A stretch of DNA of 64,000 nt from Gemmatimonadota bacterium. Its GTDB lineage: Bacteria; Gemmatimonadota; Gemmatimonadetes; Palauibacterales; Palauibacteraceae. Below are positions 59,841 through 64,000 of this stretch, one piece after another. A model generated the notes under the pieces. The model was not told the origin of the DNA, searched no databases, and saw only the letters and a list, made by a program, of their open reading frames with translations. The position numbers were made by a program, and so were the translations under genes. How positions within the stretch are numbered: position 1 is the first letter of the stretch; the number at the start of each line of letters is the position of its first letter. The stretch is taken from positions 2,368,001 to 2,432,000 of the forward strand of contig OZ220691.1 in NCBI GenBank assembly GCA_965116475.1, given 5' to 3'.

Positions 59841-61306
59841 ACCAGAGTCCGGAACACGACCCGAAGGCGTATCGCTTCGACGTTCACCCGGCGGGCGAGC
59901 CGATGCGGGCGCAGGTCTCGGTCGTCTGCACGCCGGCCGGGATTCACTTCGAGGACCGTCAGATCCCGCTCGCGTCCGTGTTCTGGGTCTCGCGGCGGGC
60001 CGGCCTCATTCTCGTCTTCGCCCGGCGGCACACCGTCGCCTTCTTCGGGGGCAGCGGAGATCTGGAGGACTTCGCCCGCAGCGTGGAACGGGGCAGCGAT
60101 GTCGCGGGCCGCCGCGCTCTCCTGAGGCCGCTGGCCGCCGATGTCGTCGTGTGTACCGCCGGCACCGAGATCGCGGGCAGGTTCGGCGACGCGCCCCTCG
60201 AGGGACTCTACCTCGCGGTGTTCACGAGGCGGGGGCTGCACCTCTTCGCCGAAGAGCACGAGTACACCCTGCGCTGGCCGACCGAGCACGCGGCCGAGAC
60301 TGCGTCCGAGGCCGTCGCCGAGACCGCGGCCGAGACCGCCGCCGACGCTCATGGAGACGGCCGCCCCGTCCTCGAACTCGCCAAGGGGGATGCGTCCTTC
60401 GAGATTCGCTACCTCTTCCCGGAGGAAATCCGCGCCGTGCTCGAGGTTGCCGGCACCGTCCCGGCGCCTCCGGACGCCGACGACGCCCTGGAGATGTTCG
60501 ACAAGGGCGAAGTCGCGCGCCCCTTGCGGCCGCGACTGCCCGATTTCTCCGTGGGCGCGGACACGCTGCAACAGGTGTGCGAGGCGGCCGTCGACCGCGT
60601 GCGGATCGACCCTTCGATCGGCGAGAGCTTCGACCGGCGCTACTTCGAGCGGCACTTCCGGACGCTCGGCGAGATCGCGCTGGGCCCGCTCATGCTGCGG
60701 CGCTCCGCCGCGCTCGAAGCCGACTCCGTCGCCGGCACCGTTCAGGCCATGGATGCCGAGCAGATGCGGCAGGACGCGACCGCCGCGTTCCGTGGCGCCG
60801 CGGAAGAGCTGGCACGAGTGTACACGGCGGAAGTGCAGGCGGTCGTCAGGGCCAAGCGCCTCGACCGGGAGAAGGGCGAGAAGGCGCTGGCCGTGGCGGC
60901 GGAACCCGCCCTGTGGGAGGCGATGTCGGAGCACATCGACGCCCTGAACCCCGCGTTCGACGCCGCGCACGCCCGGCAACAGCTCCTCCTGCAACTGTTG
61001 CACGCGCGCGATCTCGCCCCGCCCGAGGCGGAGGAAGCGAGCGTCGAAGAGGCAATCCGGGCCTGGATGGACGAGGTGACGAAGCTCGACCGCGCGTACG
61101 TCTCCGCGGCCGCGGCGGCGCTGCTCGAAATCGGGGCGCTGTGGTCCGATCGCATGATCCCCGGCCTCCGGGCGCTGGCAGCCCTTCGCGCCCGACGCTT
61201 GTCGAAGCGGGGCCGATGGGCGATTCTCGCGATAGTGGCGTTCTTCGTCGTCGCCGCGCTGGCCTGGCTGGCCCGGGACCTGATCCCCGGCTGGCCCGGG
61301 ACCTGA
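59837..61306 (+). CDS. Hypothetical protein with a single C-terminal TM anchor
   Basis: ATGA overlap with the HAD gene; coding-like codon bias; hydrophobic WAILAIVAFFVVAALAWL near the end. Confidence 0.7.
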   Translation: MNQSPEHDPKAYRFDVHPAGEPMRAQVSVVCTPAGIHFEDRQIPLASVFWVSRRAGLILVFARRHTVAFFGGSGDLEDFARSVERGSDVAGRRALLRPLAADVVVCTAGTEIAGRFGDAPLEGLYLAVFTRRGLHLFAEEHEYTLRWPTEHAAETASEAVAETAAETAADAHGDGRPVLELAKGDASFEIRYLFPEEIRAVLEVAGTVPAPPDADDALEMFDKGEVARPLRPRLPDFSVGADTLQQVCEAAVDRVRIDPSIGESFDRRYFERHFRTLGEIALGPLMLRRSAALEADSVAGTVQAMDAEQMRQDATAAFRGAAEELARVYTAEVQAVVRAKRLDREKGEKALAVAAEPALWEAMSEHIDALNPAFDAAHARQQLLLQLLHARDLAPPEAEEASVEEAIRAWMDEVTKLDRAYVSAAAAALLEIGALWSDRMIPGLRALAALRARRLSKRGRWAILAIVAFFVVAALAWLARDLIPGWPGT

Positions 61307-61328
61307 TTCACGACAGGGAGTACGACAG

Positions 61329-62084
61329 ATGGCAAGGAAGATGGCACAGCAGACGAGCGCTCCCGCGCGCAAGAACCGGTGGTTCCCGATCGCCCTGGTC
61401 GTGATCGTGGCCGCCGGCGGGTACTGGCTCTTCGTGGGGGGCGGACAGAGCGGCTCGGGTCCGCCGCCGACACCCGCCGAACTGGCCGAGGTGCTTGCCG
61501 CGGCAGAAGCGGACCCCGCCGTCGGTTACGAGCTGGCGGAGTCGGCCCCGGTCACGATCGAGGAGTTCTACGATCCGTCGTGTCCCGCCTGCGCGCAGTT
61601 CTCGGGCTTCCACGGGAAGCTCCTGCGGCAGAACTACGTCGAGCCGGCGAACGGCCCGGTGCGCTGGGTCTCGTACACCATCATCCTCGGCACCTTTCCC
61701 AACTCGGTCGCCGCGGCGCTGGCGGAGCGCTGCGCGAACGAGCAGGGCCTGTACTGGCCCGTTCACGACCTCCTGCTCGCTCGCCAGACGCGCTGGTACC
61801 TGGAACAGGATCCCGCCGGCGCGATCGCCGAAATCGCCCGGGACGGGGGCGTCGACTCCGACACCTTCAACGAGTGCATGCGCGAGCGCCGCTATCTCGA
61901 TGACGTCGCCAAGTCGCAGAGGGTCGCCGAGTCGCGGGGCGTGAACTCCACCCCCACGATTTTCGTGGACGGAGAGCGCGTGAACTGGCAGGGCGCCGAC
62001 CCCTATACGTTCCTGGAGGGGATGATCCGGACCCGGTTGGAGGAGATGTCGTCCGCCGACGCTTCTTCAGAGGGAGCGCCGTAA
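61329..62084 (+). CDS. DsbA-like thioredoxin-fold protein
   Basis: N-terminal TM; CPAC active site; GVNSTPTIFV cis-Pro loop. Confidence 0.88.
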   Translation: MARKMAQQTSAPARKNRWFPIALVVIVAAGGYWLFVGGGQSGSGPPPTPAELAEVLAAAEADPAVGYELAESAPVTIEEFYDPSCPACAQFSGFHGKLLRQNYVEPANGPVRWVSYTIILGTFPNSVAAALAERCANEQGLYWPVHDLLLARQTRWYLEQDPAGAIAEIARDGGVDSDTFNECMRERRYLDDVAKSQRVAESRGVNSTPTIFVDGERVNWQGADPYTFLEGMIRTRLEEMSSADASSEGAP

Positions 62085-62088
62085 CCCC

Positions 62089-62529
62089 GTGAGTGAACTG
62101 AACCGGCGCCGGGGGATCGCGCTCCTGGCGCTGGCCGGCGCCTTCCTCTCCACCTACCTCTTCCTCTACGCGCTCGGCTACTATGGCGAACTCGTGTGCG
62201 GCGCGGGCGGTGGCTGCGATCTCGTCCAGGGGTCGCGCTGGGCCCGCTTCCTCGGATTCCCCGTGGCGGGCTGGGGCGTGGGCTGGTACGTAGCCGTGTT
62301 CGGCGTTTCGATGCTGGGGACCCGGGACGGCATCGGCGCCGCCGGTTGGATCCCGCGTGTGCTGGCCATCCTCGCCCTGGGCGGACTCGCCTTCACGATC
62401 TACCTGACGGCGCTCGAACTCTGGGTCATCCACGCCATCTGCCGCTGGTGCGTGGGCAGCGCCGCCATCACCCTCGGAATCTTCCTCCTCACCCTCCCCG
62501 AGTTCCGCGCGCTCCGCCGCTCGGGCTGA
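62089..62529 (+). CDS. Vitamin K epoxide reductase (VKOR) family protein
   Basis: C..GGGC..V..S.W, G.PVA, CRWC. Confidence 0.92.
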   Translation: MSELNRRRGIALLALAGAFLSTYLFLYALGYYGELVCGAGGGCDLVQGSRWARFLGFPVAGWGVGWYVAVFGVSMLGTRDGIGAAGWIPRVLAILALGGLAFTIYLTALELWVIHAICRWCVGSAAITLGIFLLTLPEFRALRRSG

Positions 62530-62544
62530 CGCACCCGGGCCGGT

Positions 62545-63492
62545 TCAGGAACCGGGGGGGCGGAGTTCGTTCCAGCGCTCGATGAAGGCCACCGCGGCGT
62601 CGACGAAGATCTCGGTGGCGACCCGGCCGCGCTCGACCGTAGCTTCGGCGGGATGGCGCGTGCCCCACACGCCCGTGGACGACATCTCCGCGGACGAGGT
62701 GCCCTTGCCGGTCGACTCGTCCTTGAGCCCCTCCGCGAGGAACACGGCGAGCGCCGTCGGGTCGCCGGCCAGCACGTCCGGGAGCATCGCCTCCAGGTGG
62801 GCCGGCATCGCGACCTTCGCCGGGACCGCCGCGTCGATGTCCACCAGTGTCGGCATCAGATAGAGCGAACTCGAGGTCTCGGGCGTCCCGCCGTGCCGGT
62901 CCAGTTCGTCGGGCGGCGGCGCCGGGACGGCGGCCATCCGGTTCCGATCCCGGAACGGCCCCGACACGGCGCCCAGGTCCACCGCGATCCCCGCCGTCTC
63001 CTGGTTGATGCGGTCCACGATGAACGTCGTGATGGCCCGGTTCCCGCCGTGCGCGTTCATGATCAGGAAGCGCTTGAACCCGTGCGCGATGAGGCTCTTC
63101 ACCGCCTCGACGTACACCTCCTGCACGAGCGGAGAGGGCAGCGTGATCGTCCCCTCGAACCCCATGTGATACGGGGACTGCCCCGGCAGCAGGATCGGCG
63201 CCACCAGGACGTCGGCCCGCTGCGCCACGAGCTTCGCCTGCTCGACCCCGTTCAGGTAATCGGTGCCGATCGGCAGGTGGTTGCCGTGCTGTTCCAGCGC
63301 CGCGACCGGGATCAGGACCATGTCGCTGCGCGCGAGAAAGTCCCGCACCTCCGGCACGGTCATGTGCGGCAGGTAGTTCTTCACCTTCTCCTGCGTCCAC
63401 AGCGGGTTCGTCTGCCCGGCCGCCGCCGGAGCGAGAGCGAGGGTAGAGAGGAGCACCAGCGAGAGCGGCGAGATGGGCGAAGATCGTCGCAT
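62545..63492 (-). CDS. Creatininase family amidohydrolase with signal peptide
   Basis: EQHG.HLP.GTD, NAHGGN, HGG..ETS. Confidence 0.88.
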   Translation of the reverse strand: MRRSSPISPLSLVLLSTLALAPAAAGQTNPLWTQEKVKNYLPHMTVPEVRDFLARSDMVLIPVAALEQHGNHLPIGTDYLNGVEQAKLVAQRADVLVAPILLPGQSPYHMGFEGTITLPSPLVQEVYVEAVKSLIAHGFKRFLIMNAHGGNRAITTFIVDRINQETAGIAVDLGAVSGPFRDRNRMAAVPAPPPDELDRHGGTPETSSSLYLMPTLVDIDAAVPAKVAMPAHLEAMLPDVLAGDPTALAVFLAEGLKDESTGKGTSSAEMSSTGVWGTRHPAEATVERGRVATEIFVDAAVAFIERWNELRPPGS

Positions 63493-63530
63493 GGGACCGA
63501 CTCCTGTCGTTCTGGAGGCCCCCGGGGGTT

Positions 63531-64000
63531 TCAGGCGGTGGCGCGCCAGAACCCTTCCAGCGCCTCTCCGTCCGGCGAGGCGCGCAGCTTGTCGAAGGCC
63601 CGGTTCCGAATCTGCCGGATGCGCTCGCGGGTCACGCCGAGGAGCGAACCGATCTCCTCCAGCGTCATCTCCTCGCCGTCGTCGAGGCCGTAGTAGAGGA
63701 CGAGGATCTTCCGCTCGCGCTCGGTGAGGTAGCGCTCGAACATCTTCTCGAGGAACTCCCGGCGCGCCTGGTCCTCGACATCCTCCTCGATGTCCGCGTC
63801 GTCCATGCCCGAGAAGCGCTCCCCGAAGGACGCGCTGTCGCGGTCGGACTTGTCGAGCGGCGCGTCGAGGCTGAGTTCGGCGGAGGCCACGCGCCGCAGC
63901 GCGCGCACCGTCTCCACCGGCTCCTCCATCTCCTCGGCGATCTCCCGGTCCGTCGGCGAGCGCCCCAGCTTCTGCGTGAGCGCGGTCTCCGTCCGGGAGA
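63531..64000 (-). CDS. Sigma-70 family RNA polymerase sigma factor (RpoD/RpoS-like), C-terminal part; 5' end outside the window
   Basis: LGRSPT..EIAEEM, SLDAP, TLEEIG..LGVTRERIRQI. Confidence 0.9.
   Translation of the reverse strand, partial: SRTETALTQKLGRSPTDREIAEEMEEPVETVRALRRVASAELSLDAPLDKSDRDSASFGERFSGMDDADIEEDVEDQARREFLEKMFERYLTERERKILVLYYGLDDGEEMTLEEIGSLLGVTRERIRQIRNRAFDKLRASPDGEALEGFWRATA

Overview
A very GC-rich, densely coding stretch of bacterial chromosome with about 55 genes, mostly housekeeping, envelope and transport. The lineage looks Gram-negative (waaA, an Omp85 protein). Repeated secreted beta-propeller and carboxypeptidase-regulatory/TonB-plug proteins suggest Gemmatimonadota, which is inference only. 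Recognisable genes include phoX, rlpA, nfuA, pyrE, fumC, a GldA/GldF-G/DUF4340 ABC module, vapBC, a Gfo/Idh/MocA-isomerase-MFS sugar cluster, proBA, acs, leuS (one frameshift), yggX, an orphan adenine methyltransferase, waaA, a uvrA homologue, gyrA, DsbA-VKOR and a partial sigma70. I saw no rRNA, tRNA, CRISPR array, transposase or prophage. The best leads are: (1) a Fur-fold regulator that has lost most canonical metal ligands, co-oriented with an unknown protein, pyrE and nfuA; (2) a switch-like structured 5' leader upstream of a metallopeptidase/propeller/Omp85 fusion; (3) a 63-bp CTAG-flanked miniature inverted-repeat element with degenerate copies at stop codons; (4) signs of many leaderless mRNAs and possible CUG starts; (5) barrel-less TonB-plug proteins; (6) ProBA resembling eukaryotic P5CS. 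All assignments come from motif recognition by eye; no searches were run.
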